Positions 8,576-18,357 of a stretch of DNA of 64,000 nt are shown piece by piece. This DNA is from Actinomycetota bacterium. GTDB lineage: Bacteria > Actinomycetota > Acidimicrobiia > IMCC26256 > VFJJ01. The stretch is from NCBI GenBank assembly GCA_009886115.1, contig VFJJ01000011.1:27348-91347 (forward strand), in the 5' to 3' direction. The position numbers were made by a program, and so were the translations under genes. How positions within the stretch are numbered: the stretch's first letter is position 1; every line of letters begins with the position of its first letter. Under the pieces are notes generated by a model. That model saw nothing but the letters and a program-made list of their open reading frames with translations. It was not told the DNA's origin and ran no database searches.

Positions 8576-10192
8576 ATGACCCGTGCCGACATGATGACGC
8601 TGCGACACCTGCTCGCCGATGCCGGCATCGGCAGGTACGAGCTCCGGGGTGATCCCGGGGTTCTCGTCGCGTCGGTCGGGCACGACAGTCGCCGTGTCGG
8701 TCAGGGGGCCGTCCTGTGTTGTGTTCCGGGCCGGGTGACCGATGGCCATCTGCACGCGGAGGCAGCAGTCGCTGCCGGCGCTCGGGTCCTCGTCGTCGAG
8801 CGCTGGCTCGAGACCCCCGAGAGCGTCGCCGCCGTCGCACAGGTCAAGGTGCCCTCGGTGCGTCAGGCGATGGGGCACCTGGCCTCGGCTTTGCACGGGC
8901 ACCCGTCGCGTTCGATGCGGGTGATCGGTGTCACCGGAACCAACGGCAAGACGACCATAACGTACCTCCTCGAGTCGATCGTGCGGGCCGCGGGCGGCCG
9001 CCCGGGGGTGATCGGCACCGTCGAGACGCGCATCGACGGCGCTGCCGAACCGATCGAGCACACGACGCCCGAGGCTCCCGAGCTCCAAGCCTTGCTCGCG
9101 CGAATGCGCGACGCGGGCTGCGACACCGTCGCCATGGAGGTCTCGTCCCATGCGCTCGACATGGGGCGCGTCGATGGAACGCAGTTCGCGGCGGCCTGCT
9201 TCACGAACCTCTCGCCCGAGCACCTCGACTACCACACCACGATGGACCGCTACTTCCGCGCCAAGGCAGCGCTGTTCCGCCGTGACCGGGTGGCCGTGGC
9301 GGCGATCAACATCGCCGACCCCTATGGGCGCCGCTTGGCCGGCGAGGCCGCTCAGCAGGGGATACCGCTGCGTCGATGGGCGCCCGCCCACGGCCGCGCG
9401 GCGGGCGGCGACGCCGAACCGGCAAGCGATCCGGGAGCCGACGGGGTGTTCGCCGACCGGGTGCGCATCGGCCTCGATGGCGTCGAGCTCGAGCTCCACG
9501 CCCCCGAGCTACGTGCCGCGCCGACCGTCCACCTGAGCCTGCTCGGTCGGTACAACGTCGCCAACGCCGTCGGCGCCGCTGCGACAGCTCTGGCCGCGGG
9601 TTTCGAAGCCGACGCAGTCGTGGCTGGGCTGGAAGCCGCCACGGTCGTCCCCGGTCGCCTGGAGCGGGTGTCGTCCCCAGCGGGCGCCGCCGGTCGCGGT
9701 CCGTTGGTGGTCGTCGACTACGCCCACACCCCCGATGCCCTACGGAACGTGCTGGTCGCCGCGGGCGAGCTCGCGGCGGCCGGCCGGGGCGCTGGCGCCA
9801 CCCCGCTCGGTCGCGTCGTGCTCGTGTTCGGCTGTGGAGGAGATCGCGATCGGGGGAAGCGCCCGATGATGGGGGAGTGCGCAGCTCAGCTCGCCGACGA
9901 GGTCGTGGTCACGACCGACAACTCCCGATCGGAGCCGCCGCAGGTGATCGTCGACGAGATCCTCGTCGGCATCGAGTCGGTCTCGGGGCCTCACCGGCGT
10001 GCGACCCGGGTGGCGGTCGAGCTCGACCGGCGCCGCGCCATACGGTCGGCGGTCGCACGGGCCGGGCCAGGCGACGTGGTCGTGATCGCCGGCAAGGGCC
10101 ACGAGCTCGGCCAGACCGCAGCCGGAGTCACGGTGCCGTTCGACGATCGGGTCGAGGCCCGACTGGCGTTGGGGGTTGGCTCGTGCGCATGA
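8576..10192 (+). CDS. murE: UDP-N-acetylmuramoyl-L-alanyl-D-glutamate--2,6-diaminopimelate ligase (MurE)
   Basis: GVTGTNGKTT P-loop and Mur ligase middle/C-terminal domains. TTDNSRSE sits at the DNPR position. The start could also be ATG 8591/8594 (MMTLRHLL). The upstream part of ORF 8003.. overlaps the ftsI tail. Confidence 0.9.
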   Translation: MTRADMMTLRHLLADAGIGRYELRGDPGVLVASVGHDSRRVGQGAVLCCVPGRVTDGHLHAEAAVAAGARVLVVERWLETPESVAAVAQVKVPSVRQAMGHLASALHGHPSRSMRVIGVTGTNGKTTITYLLESIVRAAGGRPGVIGTVETRIDGAAEPIEHTTPEAPELQALLARMRDAGCDTVAMEVSSHALDMGRVDGTQFAAACFTNLSPEHLDYHTTMDRYFRAKAALFRRDRVAVAAINIADPYGRRLAGEAAQQGIPLRRWAPAHGRAAGGDAEPASDPGADGVFADRVRIGLDGVELELHAPELRAAPTVHLSLLGRYNVANAVGAAATALAAGFEADAVVAGLEAATVVPGRLERVSSPAGAAGRGPLVVVDYAHTPDALRNVLVAAGELAAAGRGAGATPLGRVVLVFGCGGDRDRGKRPMMGECAAQLADEVVVTTDNSRSEPPQVIVDEILVGIESVSGPHRRATRVAVELDRRRAIRSAVARAGPGDVVVIAGKGHELGQTAAGVTVPFDDRVEARLALGVGSCA

Positions 10193-11715
10193 CCGTGCCC
10201 GAGATCGCCGTGGCCGCCGGCGGGCGGATCGTCGAGCCCGAAGGGTCGCTCGCGCCGACGGCACCGTCTGTGCCGTCTGGTCGTCGGGTCGCGCTCGCGG
10301 TCACCTCGTTCAGCACCGACTCGCGCTCGATCGAGCCCGGGGCGCTGTTCGTCGCCCTGACAGCCGAGCGCGACGGGCACGCCTTCGTCAGCGACGCCTT
10401 CTCCGCGGGAGCGGCCGCCGCGCTCGTCGACCACGAGCCGGCCACCGGAGGCACCGGGTCCGCTGGTCCGCTCGTGCTCGTCGCCGACACCCTCGCAGCC
10501 TTGGGGCGCCTGGGGATTCGCGCCCGCGACCGGATCGGCGCCTGCCCGGTGATCGGGGTGACGGGCTCGTCGGGGAAGACCTCGACCAAGGACCTCCTGG
10601 CGTCGGCGCTGGCCACGAGCCGCTCGGTCTGTGCCAGCAGGTCGTCGTTCAACAACGAGATCGGCGTGCCGCTCACGCTCCTGTCTGCGGCCGCCGTGCC
10701 CGACGATGGCCCGCTCACCGACGTCGTCGTGTGCGAGCTCGGGGCCCGAGGACCGGGCCAGATCAGCCAGCTCTGCTCGATGGCCCGGCCCACGGTCGGC
10801 ATCGTCACCAACGTCGGGACCGCCCACGCCGAGTGCTACGTCGACGGCCGAGCCGGGATCGCCCGAGCCAAGGGCGAGCTCATCGAGGCCTTGCCGCCCC
10901 ACGGCACCGCGATCCTCAACGCCGACGACGAGACGACGCCCGAGATCGCGGCGCGCACTCGGGCCCGCGTGCTGCGCTTCGGACGCGGCGCCGATGCCGA
11001 CGTACGGGTCGAGGCCCTGGTGCTCGACTCGGAGCTCCGACCCTGGTTCCGCCTGGTGACACCGTGGGGCACCTCCGACGTGCGACTCGAGGCCCGAGGC
11101 GCGCATCAATCGCTGAACGCCGCCGCGGCGGCCGCGGCGGCGCTGGCCGTGGGCGTCGATCTGGCATCGGTGGTCGAGGGGCTCGTCTCGGCCCGGGTGT
11201 CACGGTGGCGCATGGAGATCTCCCGTCGCTCCGACGGGATGCTCGTGATCAACGACGCCTACAACGCCAATCCCGACTCGACCGCCGCGGCGATCGACGC
11301 CCTCGCCGCGGTGGGCCTGGGTGCGAGCGGTCGGCGCTGGGCGGTGTTGGGCACCCTCGCCGAGCTCGGCGCCGAGGCCGAAGCGGCCTATCACGATCTC
11401 GGTGCCCGGGTCGCCCGCATGGGCATCGACGGGCTCGTGACCGTCGGCGCAGCGGCTCGCGGGTACATCGCCGGATTCGAGAGCGAACGGGATCGGCCCG
11501 ACACCGGCCCCGCCGGCGCCAGGAACGAGACCTTCGTGATCGAGGCTGGCGATCCTGGCGAAGCCGCCGCGATCATGGCCGAGCACCTGACGTCCGTTGA
11601 CGCCGTGCTGATCAAGGCCAGCCGGATCGCAGGGCTCGACATCGTCGCCGAGCAGCTCCTGCGCGAACCCGGCGCTGGAGTCGGTGGGGCAGCGAACGGT
11701 GGAGCTGCCGCATGA
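10189..11715 (+). CDS. murF: UDP-N-acetylmuramoyl-tripeptide--D-alanyl-D-alanine ligase (MurF)
   Basis: ATGA overlap with the murE stop. GVTGSSGKTSTKD P-loop. NDAYNANPDS motif. Confidence 0.92.
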   Translation: MTVPEIAVAAGGRIVEPEGSLAPTAPSVPSGRRVALAVTSFSTDSRSIEPGALFVALTAERDGHAFVSDAFSAGAAAALVDHEPATGGTGSAGPLVLVADTLAALGRLGIRARDRIGACPVIGVTGSSGKTSTKDLLASALATSRSVCASRSSFNNEIGVPLTLLSAAAVPDDGPLTDVVVCELGARGPGQISQLCSMARPTVGIVTNVGTAHAECYVDGRAGIARAKGELIEALPPHGTAILNADDETTPEIAARTRARVLRFGRGADADVRVEALVLDSELRPWFRLVTPWGTSDVRLEARGAHQSLNAAAAAAAALAVGVDLASVVEGLVSARVSRWRMEISRRSDGMLVINDAYNANPDSTAAAIDALAAVGLGASGRRWAVLGTLAELGAEAEAAYHDLGARVARMGIDGLVTVGAAARGYIAGFESERDRPDTGPAGARNETFVIEAGDPGEAAAIMAEHLTSVDAVLIKASRIAGLDIVAEQLLREPGAGVGGAANGGAAA

Positions 11716-12755
11716 TCGCGCTCCTTCTGGCGGCATCCATGAGCCTGGTGGTGGCGCTGATCATCACCCCTGTGCTCATGTCGGCGTTGCGCCGTCGCGG
11801 GATCGGTCAGCTGATTCGCGAGGAAGGCCCGGCCGGGCACAAGACCAAGGCGGGCACGCCGACCATGGGCGGTCTGGCCATCGTCGGCGGCGGCGTCGCG
11901 GGCTACGTGTTCGCCCATGTCCGCTCGTCGGTGAGCTTCGAGTCGACCGGTCTCTCGCTGATGGGCCTCGTGATCGGGCTCATGATCGTCGGCTGGCTCG
12001 ACGACTACCTCGGGATCAGGCGGGGCAAGAACCTGGGCCTCAACAAGCGGGGCAAGAGCGGGCTGCAGCTCTCGGTGGCGCTCGCCTTCGCCGTGCTCGC
12101 CCTGGAGTGGGTCGGGGCCTCGACCCAGCTCTCGTACGCGCGGACCCTGGGCCCCGACCTGGGCGACGCCGGATTCGTCATCTGGGCGATCTTCCTCATC
12201 GTCGGCTCGTCCAACGGGGTCAACCTCACCGATGGCCTCGACGGCCTCGCCGGGGGATCGGCCGCCATGGTGTTCGGCGCCTATGTGATCATCGCCTTCT
12301 GGCAGTTCCGCCACGTGGAGGTGTACGGCATCGCCGGCGACCAGGCCCTCGACACGGCAGTGGTCGCGGCGGCGATGCTCGGCGGCTGCATCGGGTTCCT
12401 CTGGTTCAATGCCGCTCCGGCCCAGATCTTCATGGGCGACACGGGTTCGCTCGCGATCGGTGGCGCGATCGCCGGGCTGGCCGTGGTCACGCACACCCAC
12501 CTCCTCCTGCCGATCCTCAGCATGCTCTACGTCTTCGAGACCGTGTCGGTGATGCTGCAGATCTTCTCGTTCCACGTGCTCGGGCCCGACCGGCGCTTCT
12601 TCAAGATGGCGCCGATCCATCATCACTTCGAGCTGTTGGGCTGGCCCGAGACCCGGGTGATCGTGCGGTTTTGGCTCATGGCCGGCATGGCCACGGCGCT
12701 GGGTCTGGGTCTGTTCTACGCCGACTTCATCCAGATCCCAGGGGTGAGCGACTGA
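11712..12755 (+). CDS. mraY: phospho-N-acetylmuramoyl-pentapeptide transferase (MraY)
   Basis: ATGA overlap with murF. HKTKAGTPTMGG, NLTDGLDGLA and MGDTGSLAIGG motifs. Polytopic. Confidence 0.95.
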   Translation: MIALLLAASMSLVVALIITPVLMSALRRRGIGQLIREEGPAGHKTKAGTPTMGGLAIVGGGVAGYVFAHVRSSVSFESTGLSLMGLVIGLMIVGWLDDYLGIRRGKNLGLNKRGKSGLQLSVALAFAVLALEWVGASTQLSYARTLGPDLGDAGFVIWAIFLIVGSSNGVNLTDGLDGLAGGSAAMVFGAYVIIAFWQFRHVEVYGIAGDQALDTAVVAAAMLGGCIGFLWFNAAPAQIFMGDTGSLAIGGAIAGLAVVTHTHLLLPILSMLYVFETVSVMLQIFSFHVLGPDRRFFKMAPIHHHFELLGWPETRVIVRFWLMAGMATALGLGLFYADFIQIPGVSD

Positions 12756-14215
12756 TGCCCGGCCGAACGTTCGACGGACGGGAGGCGCCGACCGAGGGCT
12801 CCCTCGTGCTCGTCGTGGGGCTCGGCGTCTCGGGCCTGGCGCTGGCGCGGGCCGGGGCCCGGCTCGGTTGGCGCACGACGATCGTCGAGGACCGCCCGAC
12901 GAACGAGGGCGCTTCGGCGCGCATCGCCACGGCCCGGTCACTCGGGGCCATCGTGGTGGAAGCCCCGACGGTCGAGGAGGCGCAGCGCCTCGTGGAGGTG
13001 ACCGACCTGGTCGTCACGAGCCCCGGTGTCTCGCTCGAGCATCCCGTCCTGAGCCACGCCGCAGGGATCGGCCGTCCGCTGTGGTCCGAGATCGAGCTCG
13101 CTGCCCGTTTGACCGAGACGCCGTTCGTGGCCGTGACGGGAACCAACGGCAAGACGACCGTCACGTCGCTCGTCGACGTGCTGCTGCGGGCCGGTGGTGT
13201 CTCGTCGCTGGCGTGCGGGAACATCGGCCATGCCTTCGCCGACGCGGTGTTCGAGCCGGCCGAGGTGTACGTGGCCGAGGTCGCCGCCTTGCAACTCGAG
13301 CACACCGTCGCCCTGCGGCCCCGGGTGGCGATCTTCCTCAACGTCGCCGACGACCATCTCGATCACTTCGGCACGCTCGATCGCTATGGCGCAGCCAAGG
13401 CCAAGCTGTACGCCAACCAGGCGGGGTCCGACCTCCTCATCGCCAACGCCGACGATCCGACCGTGGTCCGCCTCGCGATGGCGGCCCCCGCCCGACTGGC
13501 GTGGTTCTCGGTCGGGCCGACACCCCGCCCCGTCGGACCATGCTGGCGGGTCGAGGGAGGCGAGCTCGTCGACCCCGAGGGACGGGCGATCTGTCGGATC
13601 GACGCCCTACCCCGCCGACGCCCCCATGATCTCGCCAACGCCCTGGCCGCGGCTGCCGCTGCCATCGAGCTCGGTGTCGCCACCGAAGCCGTCGCGGCCG
13701 CCCTGCGCAGCTTCGAGCCACCGGCGCATCGCATCGCCCTCGTCGGCGAGGCCCACGGCGTCTCGTTCTACGACGACTCGAAGGCCACGAACCCGCACGC
13801 CACCCTGGCGGCGCTGGCGGGCTTCGCGTCGGTCGTGCTCGTCGCCGGCGGGCGCAACAAGGATCTCGACCTGGGTGTCCTGGTCGAAGGGGTCGACCGC
13901 GTCCGAGCCGTGGTCGCCATCGGCGAGTCGGCGCCCGAGGTCGAGGCGGCCTTCACCGGGAACCGACCCGTGGTACGCGCCCATTCGATGCGCGAGGCGG
14001 TGTCGCGCGCGGCCCAGCTGGCCCGCCCCGGCGACGCCGTTCTCCTCTCGCCCGCGACGGCCTCGTACGACTGGTATCGGAACTACGGCGAGCGCGGCGA
14101 CGACTTCGCAGCCGAGGTCGGCGCGCTCATCGCCGGCGGGTGGCTTGGGCCCGACGACGACGGGGCGCCGCCCCGCGAAGCTGCAGAACGAGGAGATCAT
14201 CGTGACGCGCGCTGA
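12755..14215 (+). CDS. murD: UDP-N-acetylmuramoylalanine--D-glutamate ligase (MurD)
   Basis: TGATG junction with mraY. N-terminal Rossmann VVGLGVSGLA. AVTGTNGKTT P-loop. DDSKATNPHA motif. Confidence 0.92.
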   Translation: MPGRTFDGREAPTEGSLVLVVGLGVSGLALARAGARLGWRTTIVEDRPTNEGASARIATARSLGAIVVEAPTVEEAQRLVEVTDLVVTSPGVSLEHPVLSHAAGIGRPLWSEIELAARLTETPFVAVTGTNGKTTVTSLVDVLLRAGGVSSLACGNIGHAFADAVFEPAEVYVAEVAALQLEHTVALRPRVAIFLNVADDHLDHFGTLDRYGAAKAKLYANQAGSDLLIANADDPTVVRLAMAAPARLAWFSVGPTPRPVGPCWRVEGGELVDPEGRAICRIDALPRRRPHDLANALAAAAAAIELGVATEAVAAALRSFEPPAHRIALVGEAHGVSFYDDSKATNPHATLAALAGFASVVLVAGGRNKDLDLGVLVEGVDRVRAVVAIGESAPEVEAAFTGNRPVVRAHSMREAVSRAAQLARPGDAVLLSPATASYDWYRNYGERGDDFAAEVGALIAGGWLGPDDDGAPPREAAERGDHRDAR

Positions 14216-15674
14216 GCACGATGCCCGACGGGACGGGCAGCCGCGCCACCGGCCGCATCCCGGCTCGGATACCAGCCCCCGAACCGCTGGTTCCGGCGCC
14301 GGTTCTGCATCGGCCCGACCGCGGTCGGTGCCCGGCCGCCGGAGCGACGCCCGCTCCGCGACCCGTGTCGAGCCGTCGCCCACCACCCGAGCGCCGGCCC
14401 CGGCGCGCCAGCCCGGCGAGCGGTTCCGTGAGCGGAACCGTCGCACGACCCGGTCGGAGCCAGCGCGGCCGAGCTCGACAGGCCCGCTTCGAGCCGGTTC
14501 GACCGTTGGTGGCGAGACGAGCACCACGAATCGGCGCACCCTGGCCTGGTGGGGGCGACGGGTTCCTCAACGAGAAGAGCGGGTCCACACGTCGGGCTTC
14601 GTGTCGCTGCTCGCCGTGGTCGCCGTGCTCAACGCCGTCGGTCTCGTCTTCGTCCTGTCGTCGTCGTCGGTGGAGGCGCTGGAGGATCACGGTTCCTCGT
14701 GGTACTTCTTCACCCGCCAGGTCACCTGGGCCGGGGTGGGCATCGTGGCCCTGGTGGTCATGTCGAGGATCCACTACCGGCGGCTGCGACGTCTCGCCGG
14801 GTTGGGCATGCTCGCCTCGATGGCGCTGCTCGCTGCGGTGTTGATGCCCGGGGTCGGCCTCACGATCAACGGCGCCCGCCGCTGGCTCGGCTTCGGGCCG
14901 TTCACCGTGCAACCGTCGGAGCTGGCGAAGCTGGCGCTCATCGTGTTCCTCGCCGACCTGCTGGCGCGGCGCGAGCACCTCGTGGGCGAGTGGCGACGGG
15001 GTGCCCTGCCGTGCCTGATCGGCTTCGGCGCGATCGCGTTCTTCGTGATGCTCCAGCCCGACCTGGGAACCACCATCGCCACCGGCATCATCTTCCTGAC
15101 GATGCTCATGTTCGGCGGGGCCCGGATTCGTCACATCCTGGCCATTGCCGTGCTGGGTATGGGTGGTGCGGTTCTGGCGACGCTCACGATCTCCTGGCGG
15201 CGGGCCCGGTTCTTCGTGTTCCTCGACCCGTGGAAGGATCCCACCGACACCGGCTACCAGATCAGCCAGTCGCTCATCGGCACGGGCAGCGGTGGCGCCA
15301 CGGGAACCGGCCTCGGTGCCGGGCGGGCGAAGTGGTCGTTCCTCCCCAACGCCCACAACGACTTCATCTTCGCGATCATCGCCGAAGAGACGGGGTTCAT
15401 CGGCTGCATGGGGATCCTCGCGTTGTTCGGCACGTTCGGCGTGCTCGGGGTCCGGGCGTCGTTGAAGGCTCCCGACCGGTTCGGGATGCTCCTGGCTGCC
15501 GGGATCACGGCTTGGGTGCTCGGGCAGGCCGTCATCAACATCTCGACGGTGATCGGGCTCATGCCGGCGACGGGCATCCCGCTGCCCTTCATCTCGTTCG
15601 GTGGCACGGCCCTGATGATCATGATGGCCGCCACCGGCATCCTGCTCTCGGTGGCTCGACAGGCCCGACCGTGA
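14202..15674 (+). CDS. ftsW: SEDS-family peptidoglycan glycosyltransferase FtsW
   Basis: GTG 14202 is preceded by AGGAG. SEDS core (PSELAKLALIVFLA, HNDFIFAIIAEETGFIG, PATGIPLPFISFGGT). R-rich N-terminal extension. Confidence 0.9.
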   Translation: MTRAEHDARRDGQPRHRPHPGSDTSPRTAGSGAGSASARPRSVPGRRSDARSATRVEPSPTTRAPAPARQPGERFRERNRRTTRSEPARPSSTGPLRAGSTVGGETSTTNRRTLAWWGRRVPQREERVHTSGFVSLLAVVAVLNAVGLVFVLSSSSVEALEDHGSSWYFFTRQVTWAGVGIVALVVMSRIHYRRLRRLAGLGMLASMALLAAVLMPGVGLTINGARRWLGFGPFTVQPSELAKLALIVFLADLLARREHLVGEWRRGALPCLIGFGAIAFFVMLQPDLGTTIATGIIFLTMLMFGGARIRHILAIAVLGMGGAVLATLTISWRRARFFVFLDPWKDPTDTGYQISQSLIGTGSGGATGTGLGAGRAKWSFLPNAHNDFIFAIIAEETGFIGCMGILALFGTFGVLGVRASLKAPDRFGMLLAAGITAWVLGQAVINISTVIGLMPATGIPLPFISFGGTALMIMMAATGILLSVARQARP

Positions 15675-16909
15675 CCGTGACCGTGATCATCACCGGCGGC
15701 GGGACGGGAGGACACGTCTACCCGGCGCTCGCCATCGCCGCCGCGCTGGTCGAGCGGGGAACACGACGCGATCAGGTGCGCTTCGTGGGAGCGTCGCGGG
15801 GCATGGAGGCCAGGGCCGTCCCCGAGGCCGGCTTCGCGATCGACCTCCTCCCCGGCCGCGGGATCCGACGGTCGCTGCGTCCGCAGGCCCTGAGGGAGAA
15901 CGCGGCTGCGTTGTGGGGCACGGCCCGGGCCGTGGTGCGGGCCCGGGGCATCGTGCGCCGTCTGCGTCCGGCCGTGGTGGTCGGCGTCGGTGGCTACGCG
16001 TCGTTGCCCACGATGCTCGCGGCCCGCGTGCGTCTCCGGCCGATCCCGGTCGTCGTGCACGAACAGAACGCCTTCCCCGGTGTGGCCAACCGCATCGCGG
16101 TGGGTCTCGGCGCCCGGGCCGCGATCTCCTTGCCCGACACGCCACTGCGCCGGTCGACGCTCACCGGCAACCCGGTCCGATCAGCGCTGCTCGACGTGCG
16201 TCGTCCCCCGACGGCCGCGCTGCGCGCGACCGGACCGCTGGTGGTCGCCTCGTTCGGGGGCAGCCTCGGAGCGCGGACGCTCAACGACGCCATGCTCGAC
16301 CTGGCCGACCGGTGGCGCGACCGCGCCGATCTCGCCCTCTACCACGTCACCGGCGAGCGCGAGCACGAACGATGCCAGGCCGAGCACCTGCGGCGACGGC
16401 GACCCGACGATCGCTTGGGCGTGACGCTGGTCCCGTACGAGTCGAGCATGGCGGCGCTGTATTCCCGGGCCGCCATCGTCGTGGCCCGGGCGGGCGCGGT
16501 CACCGTGGCCGAGCTGGCGATCGTGGGGATGCCGGCGGTGCTCGTGCCGCTGCCCGGCGCACCCGGCGACCACCAGACCCGCAACGCCCGCACGCTCGCC
16601 GACACCGGTGCCGCCGTGCTGCTCCCCGATCGCGAGTGCGACGGGGTACGTCTCGGCCAGATCCTGTCGACGCTCCTCGTGAGCCCCCCCGATCACGGTC
16701 GCGTTGCCTCGATCCCCGACAACCCGCCCATCCCCGGCAACCCGCCCATCACCAGCAGTCCCGGCGGTCACGGTGATCCGACCGTCGAGCCACTCGACGC
16801 GATGTCGCGCGCCGCTCGTCGGCTGGCGCGCCCCGAGGCCGCAGCGTCGGTCGCTGCGCTCGTCGAGGCCGCCGGCCGTCTCAGCTCCCCGGAGGGGTGC
16901 GTGCGATGA
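15671..16909 (+). CDS. murG: undecaprenyldiphospho-muramoylpentapeptide beta-N-acetylglucosaminyltransferase (MurG)
   Basis: GTGA overlap with ftsW. ITGGGTGGHVYPALA N-terminus. GT28 C-terminal domain (HQTRNA). Confidence 0.93.
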   Translation: MTVTVIITGGGTGGHVYPALAIAAALVERGTRRDQVRFVGASRGMEARAVPEAGFAIDLLPGRGIRRSLRPQALRENAAALWGTARAVVRARGIVRRLRPAVVVGVGGYASLPTMLAARVRLRPIPVVVHEQNAFPGVANRIAVGLGARAAISLPDTPLRRSTLTGNPVRSALLDVRRPPTAALRATGPLVVASFGGSLGARTLNDAMLDLADRWRDRADLALYHVTGEREHERCQAEHLRRRRPDDRLGVTLVPYESSMAALYSRAAIVVARAGAVTVAELAIVGMPAVLVPLPGAPGDHQTRNARTLADTGAAVLLPDRECDGVRLGQILSTLLVSPPDHGRVASIPDNPPIPGNPPITSSPGGHGDPTVEPLDAMSRAARRLARPEAAASVAALVEAAGRLSSPEGCVR

Positions 16910-18357
16910 CCCAAGGTCCCGAAACCCCATTCGACCTGCAGGTCCCGCGGCGCATCCACATCGTGGGGATCGGCGGTGTCGGGATGAGCGGTCTCGCTTC
17001 TGTGCTCGTCGGTCGCGGGCACCGGATCACGGGCTCCGACCTGAAGGACTCGCCCTACCTCGCCAAGTTGCGTCTGCTCGGCGTGCGCGCCGAGATCGGT
17101 CATCGAAGCGAGAACCTGCCCCCCGATCTCGATGCGGTCGTGGTCAGCACGGCGATACCCGAGACGAACGCCGAGGTGACGACGGCGCGTGAGTGGGGCC
17201 TGCCCGTGCTGCGCCGGTCCGACCTGCTGCGTCTCGTCGTCGACACGCGACGGGCGATCGCCGTGGCCGGAACCCACGGCAAGACCACGACCACCACCAT
17301 GACCGCGCTGATCCTGCGGGAGGCCGGCTGGCGGCCGTCGTTCCTCATCGGCGGTCACGTCAACGAGACCGGATCGAACGCCCACGACGACGACGGCGAA
17401 TGGCTGGTGGTCGAAGCCGACGAGAGCGACGGGACCTTCCTCGAGTTCGCGGCCGAGGCCGTGATCGTCACGAACATCGAGTCCGATCACATGGATCACT
17501 GGAAGACCTTCGAGCAGTTGGTCGAGGGCTTTCGGACGTTCCTCTCCCGGCCTGGTGGGCCCCGGGTCGCCTGCGCCGACGATCCGGTCGCGGCCCGCCT
17601 GGCCGAGGAGATCCCCGGCGTCGTCACCTACGGCTTCTCGGCCCTGGCCGACTATCGCATCGAGCGGCGGCTCGGGGCCTCGGGCGGAAGCGACTTCGTG
17701 CTCACCCACCTCACGGGGGCCAAGGACCCGGCATCGATCGCCGAGACGCACCACGACGGCACCGTCTTGGGCACGATCTCCCTTCCCGTGCCCGGACGTC
17801 ACAACACGCTCAATGCGGCCGGAGCCGCGGCGCTGGCGCTCGAGCTCGGCATCCCGTTCGCGACGATCGCCACGGCGCTCGGGCGCTACGCCGGGGTCGC
17901 ACGACGCTTCCACTTCCGGGGCGAGGTCGACGGCGTGACGCTCGTCGACGACTACGCCCACCTGCCGACGGAGATCCGGGCCACCATCGCGACGGCCGTC
18001 GAGGGACACTGGACCCGGGTCATCGCCGTGTTCCAACCCCACCACTACTTCCGCACCTCGGTGATGTGGGAGGAGTTCGCCCGGTCGTTCGCCGGGGCCG
18101 ACGTCGTCGTCGTCACCGATGTCTACGGTCCAGGCGAGACCCCGCTGCCCGGTGTCTCCGGTCGACGCATCGTCGACGCCATCATCGATGGCGATGCATC
18201 GGCGACGGTCGTCTACAACCAGCACCGTTCCGATCTGCTCGACCAGGTCCGAGCCATCACCCAGCCGGGTGACGTGGTGCTGATGATGGGCTCGGGCGAC
18301 ATCACCAACCTTGCAGAGGATTGGCTGCGGCGGGCCGAGAGCGCGCCGGCGGGATGA
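16906..18357 (+). CDS. murC: UDP-N-acetylmuramate--L-alanine ligase (MurC)
   Basis: ATGA overlap with murG (alternative GTG 16897). HIVGIGGVGMSGLA. AGTHGKTTTT P-loop. DDYAHLPTE motif. Confidence 0.93.
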   Translation: MTQGPETPFDLQVPRRIHIVGIGGVGMSGLASVLVGRGHRITGSDLKDSPYLAKLRLLGVRAEIGHRSENLPPDLDAVVVSTAIPETNAEVTTAREWGLPVLRRSDLLRLVVDTRRAIAVAGTHGKTTTTTMTALILREAGWRPSFLIGGHVNETGSNAHDDDGEWLVVEADESDGTFLEFAAEAVIVTNIESDHMDHWKTFEQLVEGFRTFLSRPGGPRVACADDPVAARLAEEIPGVVTYGFSALADYRIERRLGASGGSDFVLTHLTGAKDPASIAETHHDGTVLGTISLPVPGRHNTLNAAGAAALALELGIPFATIATALGRYAGVARRFHFRGEVDGVTLVDDYAHLPTEIRATIATAVEGHWTRVIAVFQPHHYFRTSVMWEEFARSFAGADVVVVTDVYGPGETPLPGVSGRRIVDAIIDGDASATVVYNQHRSDLLDQVRAITQPGDVVLMMGSGDITNLAEDWLRRAESAPAG

